From a virus, in the IMG/VR virus record IMGVR_UViG_3300001765_000052: DNA of 64,000 nucleotides; one strand, written 5' to 3'. Every line of letters begins with the position of its first letter. The first letter of the stretch is position 1. The position numbers and the translations under genes are program-made. The notes below the pieces were generated by a model, which had not been told where the DNA came from, ran no database searches, and worked only from the letters and a program-made list of their open reading frames with translations. Positions 8,358 through 19,332 of this stretch are shown here, piece after piece.

Positions 8358-10486
8358 ATTACTTTACGCTCTGGTGTTGGTGTATTTGTAGTTTTTGTAT
8401 AATTAATATCAAAAGATGCTGATGCACCACCAGCAATAACACCGACAGTTTTAGTTTCGTCTGTAATATTATTTTTAATAGAAAGTATTGTCCATGTAGC
8501 AGAATTATTATATACTGTTGCATTACCACTAATAAACCTTGAATCTAAAAATGCTGTTGCACCAGTAGTTGACCATGAAATCTCGTCGTTATCCGCATAC
8601 CCACTTGTTGTGGCTACACAAGAAACAGATTCACCTTCCGATATTTTAGTTGGTACAACACTTAAATTGGTAACCGTTGGTGTTACAGATGGTGGTGGTT
8701 CAGATACAGCCGTTTCAGTAATAGTAACCATTTCTGTAACAGCGACAACAACATTTCCTTTAAGTAACGATATTGTAAATGTTTCATTTGGATCAGTAAC
8801 GCTATCGTTTTTAATATCTATATAGAAGATAGCTTGACCAGTGCTCATGTTAAGACCACCAGACATTTTATCTACATCAATACCACCAAATCCTTCACCA
8901 GCAACAATACTCCATGAGTAACCGGTAGCCATCTTTATATTTGTTTTAGCAGTAACAGATAGTTTAGAACCTTCGTTAACAGTATTACGACAAGTTATTG
9001 AGTAATTAGGTTCAGCAGTAGGTTGTAGAGTAGGTGGTAGAGTAGGTGGTAGAGTAGGTGCTGCAGTAATTGTTAGACTACTATCTGTAATTGTAATATT
9101 AGCAGTAGCAGCTACAAATAAGCCATCGTCGTATAAATTAGCGATGAATGATTCAACACCTTCAGTTAAATGATCGAGTAAAATAGTTACAACAAATATA
9201 CCACGATCATCATTAATAACTACAGTGCCAGCTGTGATAGAGACATCGTTTCCGTCTATTGTTCCTGTCAGGTCGTATTCCAGTTCTGTTTCATCTGGTA
9301 CGTTTTTAGTAACTATATTAAATATTGCACTTTGACCTTCATTAACACTAGTGCCTGTAGCACGAATAGAATATGTTTTAAGAGGTGGTTCTGTGGGTGC
9401 CGCAGTAGGTGCTTCGGTAGGTTCTGGGCGTTGTAGAATATTAACATTAGTAGACCCTGCTACTAAATTACCACCTAGATAGACTTTTGCCATGAATACT
9501 TTAACTCTAGCTAAATAATCTACACTTGTATCTATGCTAAATACTCCAGTGTTATTTGTAACAATAACTACACCGGCGGTTGGTGTAAGATTATCACTGG
9601 TGAAACTACCTGCAATAGAATAATTGAATACTGTTTCATCGGGTATATTTGTAGTTGTTATTACAAATACAACAACACCACCTTCTGGTACTTCATCTGC
9701 ATTTGATTTAACTTCATATGTGGCGCCCGGATAAATTGGTGATAAACTAGTATCATTAATAGCGACATTAGCCGATGTAGCTACTAATTCATTACCTAGA
9801 TATAACTTAACCATAAAGGTTTCTGCGCCCTCTGTAGTTGAATCAGCTAACGTATCAACACTAAAGATACCACGGTTATTAATAATTGTGACAGATCCAG
9901 ACATAGGCGTAAGATCTGTATTACTTACATTTCCAGCAGATACATAATTAAATACAGTACCGTTAGTTATATTCTCAGTAATTACTGAATACGTAACGAC
10001 ACCACCTTCGTTAATATTATCCACATTTGAAACTAATGAATAAGTTGGAAGAGTGCTAAGTATCTTAATAGATGTATCGTTAACTGTTATCTTTGTAGTG
10101 GTGGCAACTAATACACCTGAATCATATAACTTTATTATAAAAGATTCAACTCCTTCGGTTATCTTATCTGCAAGTATATCTATGCTAAATAATGCTTTGT
10201 TATTTATTATAGATATAACACCACTAACAGTTGAAACATCGTTACTAATGATAGTACCAGTAGCAGCATAATTAAGTATAGTATAATCTGGTATATTTGT
10301 TGTTACTACACTAAATACAATTACACCACCTTCATCATAACTAGATGCACTAGCTGTAATCGCATATGTTGGTGGAAGTTTTGGTGCAACAGTAGGTGCT
10401 GTACTACTATCTGTAATAGTGATAACTTGTGATGTAGCTAAAGGTGTACCTAATATTTCATATAGACTAATTGTAAAAGATTCTAA
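8348..10486 (-). CDS. Left Ig/Calx-beta-like repeat adhesin, main body
   Basis: The 558-aa ORF frame is open upstream to ~10486; ~100-aa units NEG..V.F.V.T.N...D..TEG.ETF; paralog of 52923-58109. Confidence 0.7.
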   Translation of the reverse strand, partial: LESFTISLYEILGTPLATSQVITITDSSTAPTVAPKLPPTYAITASASSYDEGGVIVFSVVTTNIPDYTILNYAATGTIISNDVSTVSGVISIINNKALFSIDILADKITEGVESFIIKLYDSGVLVATTTKITVNDTSIKILSTLPTYSLVSNVDNINEGGVVTYSVITENITNGTVFNYVSAGNVSNTDLTPMSGSVTIINNRGIFSVDTLADSTTEGAETFMVKLYLGNELVATSANVAINDTSLSPIYPGATYEVKSNADEVPEGGVVVFVITTTNIPDETVFNYSIAGSFTSDNLTPTAGVVIVTNNTGVFSIDTSVDYLARVKVFMAKVYLGGNLVAGSTNVNILQRPEPTEAPTAAPTEPPLKTYSIRATGTSVNEGQSAIFNIVTKNVPDETELEYDLTGTIDGNDVSITAGTVVINDDRGIFVVTILLDHLTEGVESFIANLYDDGLFVAATANITITDSSLTITAAPTLPPTLPPTLQPTAEPNYSITCRNTVNEGSKLSVTAKTNIKMATGYSWSIVAGEGFGGIDVDKMSGGLNMSTGQAIFYIDIKNDSVTDPNETFTISLLKGNVVVAVTEMVTITETAVSEPPPSVTPTVTNLSVVPTKISEGESVSCVATTSGYADNDEISWSTTGATAFLDSRFISGNATVYNNSATWTILSIKNNITDETKTVGVIAGGASASFDINYTKTTNTPTPERKVMGL

Positions 10487-10529
10487 ATTCTGTAAGCATA
10501 TCTTCTAATAAAGATAAAGTAAAAACAGC
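10397..10529 (-). repeat. Left arm of inverted repeat (identical to 52831-52952 except two indels)
   Basis: Manual alignment of the reverse complement. Confidence 0.9.
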
Positions 10530-10877
10530 AGTATTATTTACTATTTTTATTTCACCTACTGATACAGCTGTAAAATCTATAATATTCGCTATACTTCCTG
10601 AAGTTAGCATCCATTTAATAATTTTATTATCCCGTACATTTACCGTATTTATTGTAAATGTAACTTTATCCTTCTCTGTAGTTGTAGTCACATCAGAAGT
10701 TATATTGTATATCGGTTCTTTTCGTCCTTTACCATATGCATTAGATAAAGATATTCTACCTATAGGGATATTAATTAAATCCCTAGGTAATATATCATTT
10801 AAAGTTATTGTGCCACTATGAATCAATTCATTATTAATATCGTTTAATGAGATTGGTCCGGAATATTGAAGAGTCAT
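10467..10877 (-). pseudogene. 5' part of left adhesin, frameshifted by a 2-bp deletion
   Basis: MTLQYSGPISLNDIN...ISLSNAYGK; reads GAA TTT AGA where the paralog reads GAA GGT TTA GAA. Confidence 0.7.
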
Positions 10878-10932
10878 TTTTCTTTGTCCTTTTTTTAGCT
10901 ATATCATGTTTATTTGAATTTCAAAATTAAAT

Positions 10933-10972
10933 AAATGTATCATTTTCCTAATGTTAGGAAAATGATACATTT
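10933..10972. terminator. Long intergenic hairpin
   Basis: 19-bp stem aaatgtatcattttcctaa / ttaggaaaatgatacattt. Confidence 0.65.
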
Positions 10973-10986
10973 TTCTAAGTAAAGAT

Positions 10987-12216
10987 TTAACGACCAATAT
11001 AATGATTTTTGCAAAATGCACGTAAAACTATATAAAGCATAAAACCAGTTCTAACTGAAGCTACAACTGAATCATTTTTTGACTTTGTAGCAATTCTTAC
11101 TAACTTCTCGCATAGACTTCTTACTTTAATAAGCCTCTCGTCTACTGATCTTGAACTCATGTATGATCCTCTTAATTTACTAATTAAGCCAACTAAGTCA
11201 CCTTTCTCTCGAACAAGGTTTTTATTATCTGATATATAATCAAATGCATGTTCCATAATTAGATCAATAGCTTCTTCTGCAATATTATCATTTAAATGAC
11301 GATAATTATCACTACACCATGATAACGATTGATATAATAATTTAGGCGGCATTGTATCAATAGCATTTGCAATAACATCTAATAATTCTTGTCGAATAAA
11401 AGAATTTTTATCTGTTACAATAGATCTAATATAACGTGTATAAACAGTTATATTTTTTGTCTTGTCTTTCAGAATCATTTCACCATCTGTTTCAACTAAA
11501 GAATTTTTGCTATTTATTCTTCCACCTTGTTCGTTAATTTTCAGATGCAATCCAAAGATATTTTTAATCATATCTTTAATACGACCTTGAACATCATTGA
11601 GTAATTGAACTACTCTATAATCGTCATCAAGATTTTTAATTGTACTGGCCCAAATTGAGTTCTGTGATATAACTTCACCAGCTCGATAATTCATAGCCGC
11701 ACCCCAGCTCCCTTGTTGTTTAAGAACATATTTATTATTTAATTGCGCATATGTAGCAGCTGCTACTTCACGATCAGCTGGATATTTAAAAAATCTAAAC
11801 AAAATAGACGTTAAGAATTTATATTGTAAATATAAACAAATTCTTAATTTACCCTCATTGCGATCCGATTCATCTAAGAGTTTGGTATTATCAAATGCAT
11901 GCATGATCCATACACATGATAAATTAAATACATCACTTGAGATAAAACGAGTTTTATCTATATCAACTAAATCATGTAACCTATCTTCTAAAACATGATC
12001 GTCTACTAGTAATATTTCATTGAATAATCTATCTCTGTCGTCATCTGTAAATCTAACAACTTGTACTCCTGTAAGAGACCCACCGAAAAATTCAATATGT
12101 TCTTGCTTTTTATTAACAAATCTAGCTTCGAGCATTGATATTTTTTTTAAGAATAATCTGTCTATATTTACATGTGAGCACTCTTCTTCAAATATTTTTT
12201 TGATTGATTGTTCCAT
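10987..12216 (-). CDS. Conserved phiKZ-like virion structural protein
   Basis: FFGGSLTGVQVVRFT and FFKYPAD..A.ATY motifs recalled from phiKZ-related phages; position near phuZ. Confidence 0.5.
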   Translation of the reverse strand: MEQSIKKIFEEECSHVNIDRLFLKKISMLEARFVNKKQEHIEFFGGSLTGVQVVRFTDDDRDRLFNEILLVDDHVLEDRLHDLVDIDKTRFISSDVFNLSCVWIMHAFDNTKLLDESDRNEGKLRICLYLQYKFLTSILFRFFKYPADREVAAATYAQLNNKYVLKQQGSWGAAMNYRAGEVISQNSIWASTIKNLDDDYRVVQLLNDVQGRIKDMIKNIFGLHLKINEQGGRINSKNSLVETDGEMILKDKTKNITVYTRYIRSIVTDKNSFIRQELLDVIANAIDTMPPKLLYQSLSWCSDNYRHLNDNIAEEAIDLIMEHAFDYISDNKNLVREKGDLVGLISKLRGSYMSSRSVDERLIKVRSLCEKLVRIATKSKNDSVVASVRTGFMLYIVLRAFCKNHYIGR

Positions 12217-12219
12217 AAT

Positions 12220-12930
12220 TTATTCGGAACCTTTAACATTAATTTGATAAACATCATTTTGTTTAACAATAACTACACATGGTACATCTTTACCTTTAAC
12301 ACCAGTCTCATTTGTAAATTTATGGACTTTATTACCGATAGTAAATTTTACTTTTTTACCACTAATGGTTCCGGCATATTTACCGTCTAGTATCTTATTA
12401 GATGCTACATATGCTTCTAAACTAGTATATATAGGTATACCATTTTCAGTAGCAACTGACATGACTTTAATTGCAAATGGGTTAACATCTAACGAATCGT
12501 CATTAGTTGGCATTTCAATTGGGTATACAGGAGAATTGGTTGCATCGGCTTCTAAAATAATAGCAGAATTTTCTTTTTCGGAATCTGTCATTTGACCAAT
12601 GGCATCAGTGACTTCTACTACAGTAGATAAACCTACATCGCTTTGTTTAACACCATATAACATACCTACTTCTTGACCAGAGTCAGCTAACTGTCCTCTA
12701 GTATCATTAGCTGCTACCCAGAGGCTTTTAGACATTATGGCATCATTAGCTTGTGTTTCTAATGAAATCCCTGTTTCATCATTAACATCTTTTTTGTAAA
12801 TTTCATTAAGTGCTTGTGTATATTGAAAACTTAATGGTCCGTCAGCAATCATATTGTTTCCGGAAGTAATCTCAATAATAGAATCGAGGTATGGGTTTTT
12901 TTGTATAGATAATAAACTTATATTTCTCAT
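12220..12930 (-). CDS. Hypothetical protein
   Basis: ORF with aaaaggaa RBS before MRNISLL. Confidence 0.55.
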   Translation of the reverse strand: MRNISLLSIQKNPYLDSIIEITSGNNMIADGPLSFQYTQALNEIYKKDVNDETGISLETQANDAIMSKSLWVAANDTRGQLADSGQEVGMLYGVKQSDVGLSTVVEVTDAIGQMTDSEKENSAIILEADATNSPVYPIEMPTNDDSLDVNPFAIKVMSVATENGIPIYTSLEAYVASNKILDGKYAGTISGKKVKFTIGNKVHKFTNETGVKGKDVPCVVIVKQNDVYQINVKGSE

Positions 12931-12943
12931 TTTAAATTCCTTT

Positions 12944-13777
12944 TTAACGATGGCCAGATATAGCAAGCTTTAAGTAGCGCCTGTATGAATCCGTATCGTT
13001 TTGGAACAATACTGCTTCAAATTTTTCTTTCAGGTAATCTTCATAATTTTGCTCTGCATCTGAATAGCCTTCAAGTATTGTTTTAAAAATACCTAAAGTT
13101 TGGCCACCTTGTAACTCAGCTGCATCAACTTGTATAATCAATTCATTATAGATATATGCTTTGACAGCAAATTCTACAAGTTTTGCAAATGCAGGATAAC
13201 TTCTTGGTTGTATATGGTTTAGATTTTCGTCATTCGCAAGAATGCATCGAAGGTAACCGTTTCCAGGGATACTAATAACATCCTTGACCATTATGGTATT
13301 TTCAGATATTAACTGAACATTTGCTGAGGATGTAACCGGTATTTTATCCATAGCAGCTATCATGCCCACTGCAGCGCCCATAATAGCGGAATTTTCTCCA
13401 GAAGTATATTGGCCATTACCACCTACTGAGCTAGTAGATGCGTAAGACGAAACTAAACTTTGACTTAAAAAAGCCAGATGAAGTACAGAATTAATACTCC
13501 TATTCTGTGTCCGGCTTTTAGGTATATGTATTACAGTTGTATAATCATTTGGTTTATCATACGGTAAACCTTCAAGTGGTATTAACGCTTGCGTTCCGCC
13601 TACTAGATTACAATCAACTAACACCCTACCTCTAATAACATTAACTAAAATCTGTTCATCTATATTAGTTTTAACAGTCGTTCTCCAATCACTATAACGG
13701 TTAACAAATGTCTTCTCTAATATAGCTTTTGGTATACGATGCTTGATTTGATCAAGCGCATAATTTATAGCTGACAT
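12944..13777 (-). CDS. Conserved phiKZ-like hypothetical protein
   Basis: 277-aa ORF, MSAINYALDQIKHRIP N-terminus; divergent from the phuZ operon. Confidence 0.5.
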   Translation of the reverse strand: MSAINYALDQIKHRIPKAILEKTFVNRYSDWRTTVKTNIDEQILVNVIRGRVLVDCNLVGGTQALIPLEGLPYDKPNDYTTVIHIPKSRTQNRSINSVLHLAFLSQSLVSSYASTSSVGGNGQYTSGENSAIMGAAVGMIAAMDKIPVTSSANVQLISENTIMVKDVISIPGNGYLRCILANDENLNHIQPRSYPAFAKLVEFAVKAYIYNELIIQVDAAELQGGQTLGIFKTILEGYSDAEQNYEDYLKEKFEAVLFQNDTDSYRRYLKLAISGHR

Positions 13778-13808
13778 ATTGCGCTTTCTTAATTTAAGTA
13801 TTTTATAA

Positions 13809-13827
13809 TCACATATTACTAATTTGG
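13809..13827 (+). promoter_or_regulatory. Early (virion RNAP) promoter-like motif
   Basis: tcacatattactaatttgg, variant of the TATATTAC motif repeated at 22888, 33487 and 38236. Confidence 0.65.
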
Positions 13828-13868
13828 TATCTCATACATATCATTTCATAAACTACCTCTGTAAATAT

Positions 13869-14303
13869 ATGATGCATACAAATACTATTTCTGATACAAT
13901 ATTAGACATTCCGCCACCTTTTACACCAACAGGATTTTATTGTGAAAAAGGGTGGAAATCTGTATCTAAAAAAGATATAGAACATTTATTTGAAATCTTA
14001 GAAGGAGATTTATACACTTTATTTATACTAGAAAAACTTTACGATTCTAAAGAATTATATTTTTCGGCAAAATTTAAAGACACTTTAGATCGTCTAAGTG
14101 TCGATATTGAAATCTTTAAAAAGACAAATATTTATACACCTAACCTTACATTAAAAAATATAAAAACTGAATTATTTTATAATGATAAAACTTGGTTTAT
14201 ATTCGACATAAAATCAATGTCATTTGTAATGTTATCTGATGATCATCAACTCTTGATTGATGAAAGTATGCCATTATTAACATATACGGTCAATCAATTT
14301 TAA
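13869..14303 (+). CDS. Hypothetical protein
   Basis: ORF between the promoter and phuZ; start uncertain. Confidence 0.5.
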   Translation: MMHTNTISDTILDIPPPFTPTGFYCEKGWKSVSKKDIEHLFEILEGDLYTLFILEKLYDSKELYFSAKFKDTLDRLSVDIEIFKKTNIYTPNLTLKNIKTELFYNDKTWFIFDIKSMSFVMLSDDHQLLIDESMPLLTYTVNQF

Positions 14304-14322
14304 CTTAAAAAGGAAATTAAAA

Positions 14323-15345
14323 ATGCACAATTTATCAAATGAATATAGTGATGTCAAAGTTCGTGTTTACTCAGCCGGTGGCGGCGGTATCAACATTCTA
14401 TCAGAATTATGGCAAACTAGAATTGAACCCACACATGGGTTTGCTAGTATTTTACCATGCTATATTGATACCAGTGTTAGCAATTTTGGAAATAAAAAAA
14501 TTCTAGAAGAAGACGCATATGTTTTTGAAGGTATTGATGGTTCAGGTAAAGTCCGAGCTACTAACTATGATGATATCAATAAAAATATAAAAGCTATACT
14601 AGTAAAATTTAAACCTACATTATTTAATATTGTAATTCATACAGGTAGTGGTGGTAGTGGTTCCATTATAGCGCCTATGATTGTCTCAGAACTAAAAGCT
14701 CGCGGGCATCAAGTTGTTGTATTTATGTTAGGTTCAACTGACACTAGAATTGAAATTGAAAATACAATTAAGACGTTAAAGTCTTATGAATCAATTGCTG
14801 AAAAACGCAATAACCCAGTAGTAGTTAGCTATGTTGAGAATAGTAAAAAACAACCTAGGGTTGTTATTAATCAACGTATAAAACGAATGGTTTGTCATCT
14901 ATTAGGATTACTGTCTGGACAGAATGATGAGCTTGATACTGCTGACCTAAAAAATTGGTTAGAGTATACAAAGATAACACAATCGCCTGCTCGACTAGCC
15001 TCGCTTAATTTTGCAGCAACTGCTACAGAGTTAAACGAAGTTGGTACTATTGTATCATTAGCTACACTAGCAACACAGGAAATGGATACATCTATTGAAG
15101 CTACACCCGCTTATCAATGTGTTGGCTATGTTCCATCAGTGTGGAAGACCGGTACACCAAATAGTTTAAGTATTATTGGTGATGAACCATTGCATTTTAC
15201 AATAAGTGATGACTATATTGCATCTGATTCAGGACGACTTATCAAACTATTAAAAGAATTAGATGATGTATTTAATTCTCGTAATACAAGAGAGTCAATA
15301 ATTGATAAAAATGATAATAGGACAGACACAGGGGTCATTCTTTAA
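14323..15345 (+). CDS. phuZ: Phage tubulin PhuZ
   Basis: AGGGGINI, YIDTS, DGSGK, tubulin signature GSGGSGS, ELDTAD, acidic C-terminal knuckle. Confidence 0.92.
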   Translation: MHNLSNEYSDVKVRVYSAGGGGINILSELWQTRIEPTHGFASILPCYIDTSVSNFGNKKILEEDAYVFEGIDGSGKVRATNYDDINKNIKAILVKFKPTLFNIVIHTGSGGSGSIIAPMIVSELKARGHQVVVFMLGSTDTRIEIENTIKTLKSYESIAEKRNNPVVVSYVENSKKQPRVVINQRIKRMVCHLLGLLSGQNDELDTADLKNWLEYTKITQSPARLASLNFAATATELNEVGTIVSLATLATQEMDTSIEATPAYQCVGYVPSVWKTGTPNSLSIIGDEPLHFTISDDYIASDSGRLIKLLKELDDVFNSRNTRESIIDKNDNRTDTGVIL

Positions 15346-15357
15346 CAAATATTTATT

Positions 15358-15552
15358 ATGATTAAATTTACAAGCTTATTTAAAAAAGTGCCTATTTTAA
15401 CTCTGATGGCAGAAGAGCTACATGAAGCACAGGTAAATTTATTAATATCCCAAACAGGTTTAGAATATTCTAAATCAATGGTGGATTATCACCGAGCCAG
15501 GATTGATAGATTGAAGAAATCAATGGAAGAAGCAACAAAAAAACAAGAGTAA
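15358..15552 (+). CDS. Small hypothetical protein
   Basis: 64-aa ORF directly after phuZ, followed by a hairpin. Confidence 0.45.
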   Translation: MIKFTSLFKKVPILTLMAEELHEAQVNLLISQTGLEYSKSMVDYHRARIDRLKKSMEEATKKQE

Positions 15553-15643
15553 AAATAAATAAAACACCGCTATTATTTGAGTAAAATATGGCGGTGTTTT
15601 ATGCCCCCATTTGTGCGATTTAAACAAACTGGAGTTATTTTTA

Positions 15644-16324
15644 ATGACAAATATATCTGATTTACAAATAGAATCTAGACTAAGATTAGACTTAGAAGAT
15701 ACTGCATGTAGAATTGAATACGAGTTTGCAGATGAATTATTAGCTGCACCTAAAGGGATATATGTAATCAATAAAGTTGCACCAGTAATGGTAGATGGTG
15801 TTGAATATTATACAATTTCAAACAATAAAGGTATTATTAAGAGAACACCTGTACACGATATAAGTAATTTAAAAGAATGTATTTATACGGAAGCTAAAGG
15901 AGATGATAAGATATCTCGTGGGTTTGATCGTATAATTATTCCAAAAGTCTTTATGATGAACAAGGATAAATTTATATCAAATACACCTACTAAACCTTAT
16001 AGGGGTATTAAAATTATGGAAGGTTTAGTGAATCATCAAATAGACAGTTTCTTAAAATATAGAAAATCAAATAAATCTGATGTGTTTGTTATCAAAAATA
16101 ATTTAATTAAATTAAAAAAAGAAAGATGTAATAGAATTATAGATAAAATGATTAACATATACGAGGATATAACAGCTCCAACTATTCGGCAATTTATGGG
16201 TATGCATGATTGGCATTTATATTTTATTAAAATGAGCGAGTGTATAATGCAAATAGAAAAATCAATAGATTATCGTGCATATGAATACATTAAACTCATG
16301 GAGAATAAAGAGTGTATAGATTAA
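15644..16324 (+). CDS. Hypothetical protein
   Basis: ggag RBS before MTNISD; first gene of an overlapping array. Confidence 0.55.
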   Translation: MTNISDLQIESRLRLDLEDTACRIEYEFADELLAAPKGIYVINKVAPVMVDGVEYYTISNNKGIIKRTPVHDISNLKECIYTEAKGDDKISRGFDRIIIPKVFMMNKDKFISNTPTKPYRGIKIMEGLVNHQIDSFLKYRKSNKSDVFVIKNNLIKLKKERCNRIIDKMINIYEDITAPTIRQFMGMHDWHLYFIKMSECIMQIEKSIDYRAYEYIKLMENKECID

Positions 16325-18621
16325 AACATGATGTATATATTTCTCTCTATGATACTTATAGATACATCGAGATAAGTTTACCATCATGCACACGGGAAAA
16401 TGTTACTGAAATATTAGTTTCATTGGTAGATATGTTATTAATGACTGGTATAGATACATCTATTGTGTATCTTGGTTTAATTAATTACTTAGAAAACAAA
16501 AATATAAGTAAAGAACAAATATTAGAAGTGTGCGATAATGCTACAGTTTTTTTATCTAATAAACTAACATTTTTTTTACCGGGTTTAGCTGATGATACTT
16601 ATAATGGAAATTATAAGTATCTTTTGATAAATGCTTTCACTTTAAAAATTACCCTTGATAAAAATGTATAAAGCAATTACAATAAGTTATCTCGAAATAC
16701 TATACTTATTCTATAATCATTTAAAGATACCGCGTACAAATATAGAAAAAGGTTTAAGTGATATACTTATGATTTTAGTTAAATCGTATCTATGCTACGA
16801 TAATAGACCCGAACTTACATCTGAAAATGTATTAATTAGGACACTTGAATATTATGGTTTATATAATTTTGAATCTAGTGAATTTGGGTACAATATAAGC
16901 AATAAAATTATAACTGACACATGGATATATTTACCTGGTTTCAAATCCTACGATGACAGTGATCCAATTCGATTAGAAAATGTATTTTTTATAAACGGGT
17001 TTACATGTTTTGTGAATTTGACTGAACAGCAATATCGAAAATTTACTTTAGACAGGAATGGTTTTTTATGAAAATATTTATGTCATTAGACAAGTTAATA
17101 AATTATCAAGAAGATTTACGTAAACAATTTCCAGATTTATACATTTGCTTACCATGTGGTATCAGTAGCTTAATGGACTGTATATTGCATTTATTTATGT
17201 GTGAAGAAAGATCATTAAGCGCATTTATGGAAGAATGCATTAATGTTATAGATGCGCACATAGCAGACGAATGTGAAAATAATGGTCGATTAGTCGAATA
17301 TGCAAATAACGCAAACGAACAATTGTTTTCATACGAATTTCAATTCTATATCTCATCTCTATGGGATTATGTTTCTAGTCACTTTGAAAGTATATTTCAA
17401 CAAGATAATTTTATAATAACTGATTATGATACACTCGACAAACTAACTAAAGTTCTATTGACGATTGAACTCGATGTACCCGAATACACTGATAATACAA
17501 TTTAATGATCTGGACAAATATATTGATGTATTGAATAATGATCAATGTTTCCCCACTATCGATGTCGATGCATTATTATCAGTAGCATTTGAAATATTTT
17601 TAGTAAATATCAATACAAATATTGACAACATTATAGACCACGTAATGAATTGTGATATATTAAACGACAGAATTGATATAGATGATTCTAGTTATGTAAA
17701 ACTAGAATCAACTGTATATGGTATTTTGACTATAATACAATCTAAACTAAAAGATATATTTACAACAGAAGGTTTTCATTATGAATATATGTGCAAAAGG
17801 AGAAACAATATTGTTTTGCTCAGAAAACATAACTGTCTATAGACCACCTGAAAATTTATATCTCCGATTAGATAGAATACATAAAGGTGTTATTGAGCTA
17901 GAATATGATACTGGTCTAACTATAGCAGATGACGATAGTTTAGATGCAATCACAAACTGTATAATATATAAAGATAATGCTAAATTAGAACTGGAATATC
18001 ATTTCTTAAATTTAGCGAGGTCTTATAAAGAGTATGGTGATTATCCACAGCTGAATGATTTTCTAAACTTCATGGTAAGTTACGGACAGGAACTATTATT
18101 TACAATTGAAAATATTGGATTGTATATAAATGGTATCTTTCCATATGCATATAAATCTAGGCGGTTTAATACACTACATTTTATAAGAAGAGATGTACAG
18201 AACAAAATTATAAAACAGGAGTTAAAATCAGATGGATTGTACATGTGATCCGGATTATTTATTATTGAACACATATGAAATTTATATTACATTCTATAAA
18301 TATGCAAGTAAAATATTTAAGAATGAATTGGATATAATTGAATTAGTGAATCAAGCAATAGATTATGCTACAAATGATATCTATTTGGAATATCCGAAAG
18401 TAGATTATATTGTATTTGATTTATTAAGGCAACGTAGTTTAACCGAGAATGACACACTTTATATAAATATGTTATTCTCAAAACTTTGCCGTAATTTAAT
18501 GGGAGTTCTAAAAGAACTAAATCTACCGCCTATGAGTAGAAATACTTTTAATGATAAAGATGTATACCCTTATTATTTTTATAAAATAATAAATAATCGA
18601 ATAATCCTTAAACATTTTTGA
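16312..18621 (+). CDS. Array of six overlapping small hypothetical genes (16312-16671, 16655-17071, 17068-17505, 17465-17842, 17781-18248, 18232-18621)
   Basis: Contiguous same-strand ORFs of 119-155 aa with similar I/L/Y/F-rich composition. Confidence 0.55.
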
Positions 18622-18631
18622 AAAGATAAAT

Positions 18632-19027
18632 ATGTATTATAATTTAGAGATAAAACAATCTTATGATTTTTCTTTATTAGCTAGTGGAATTCTAGGGCTG
18701 GGTCATAAAAATGCAACAGTTATGGCTATTATGGACTTTGACTCGGCAAAATTAATTCAAGACATAACAACAATACACTCATCAATTTATGGTAGTCTAG
18801 CAACTGGTACACCTAGGAATGCACAGGATTTAACTTATATCAAGATTAAAACATCTGAGGGTGAGGTAAAAGTTATTGCTATGGATTGGTTATCAACTGA
18901 ACCTATCTTAGTAACAGCTAAAACAATTGTAGTAAAAATAAATCAAGTGGCGATAAGTAACATACCCTTAATTAAAGATATATTATTACAGAACGGTTTT
19001 TCTGATATAACAATTAATGTAATTTAA
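18632..19027 (+). CDS. Conserved phiKZ-like hypothetical protein upstream of DNA polymerase
   Basis: 131-aa ORF; position and motifs (YDF...ILG, VIA.DW) recalled from relatives. Confidence 0.5.
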   Translation: MYYNLEIKQSYDFSLLASGILGLGHKNATVMAIMDFDSAKLIQDITTIHSSIYGSLATGTPRNAQDLTYIKIKTSEGEVKVIAMDWLSTEPILVTAKTIVVKINQVAISNIPLIKDILLQNGFSDITINVI

Positions 19028-19332
19028 ATAATGTTGTATATAGTGTGAGCGAATACTTACTTTTACTATTTATTCGCTTTAAGTGTAAAACTTACATAGT
19101 AGTTAAATTTTTTACATCGGTTGAGTTTTTTTCTCCTTTTTAACCACAGTCGATGTATTTAAATTTAATTCACCCAAACATAAATCCAAAATGGTAGTTA
19201 ATAGGGTATGTTTATTTTACATATGTTGTTGTTATGGGAAAAGCATTGGGCCACATAATCCTATTTTGGATTATGTGGCTTTATGCCGTCTTTGATAAAA
19301 AAGATTAGAAGCAAGAATAATTTGCATTAAGA

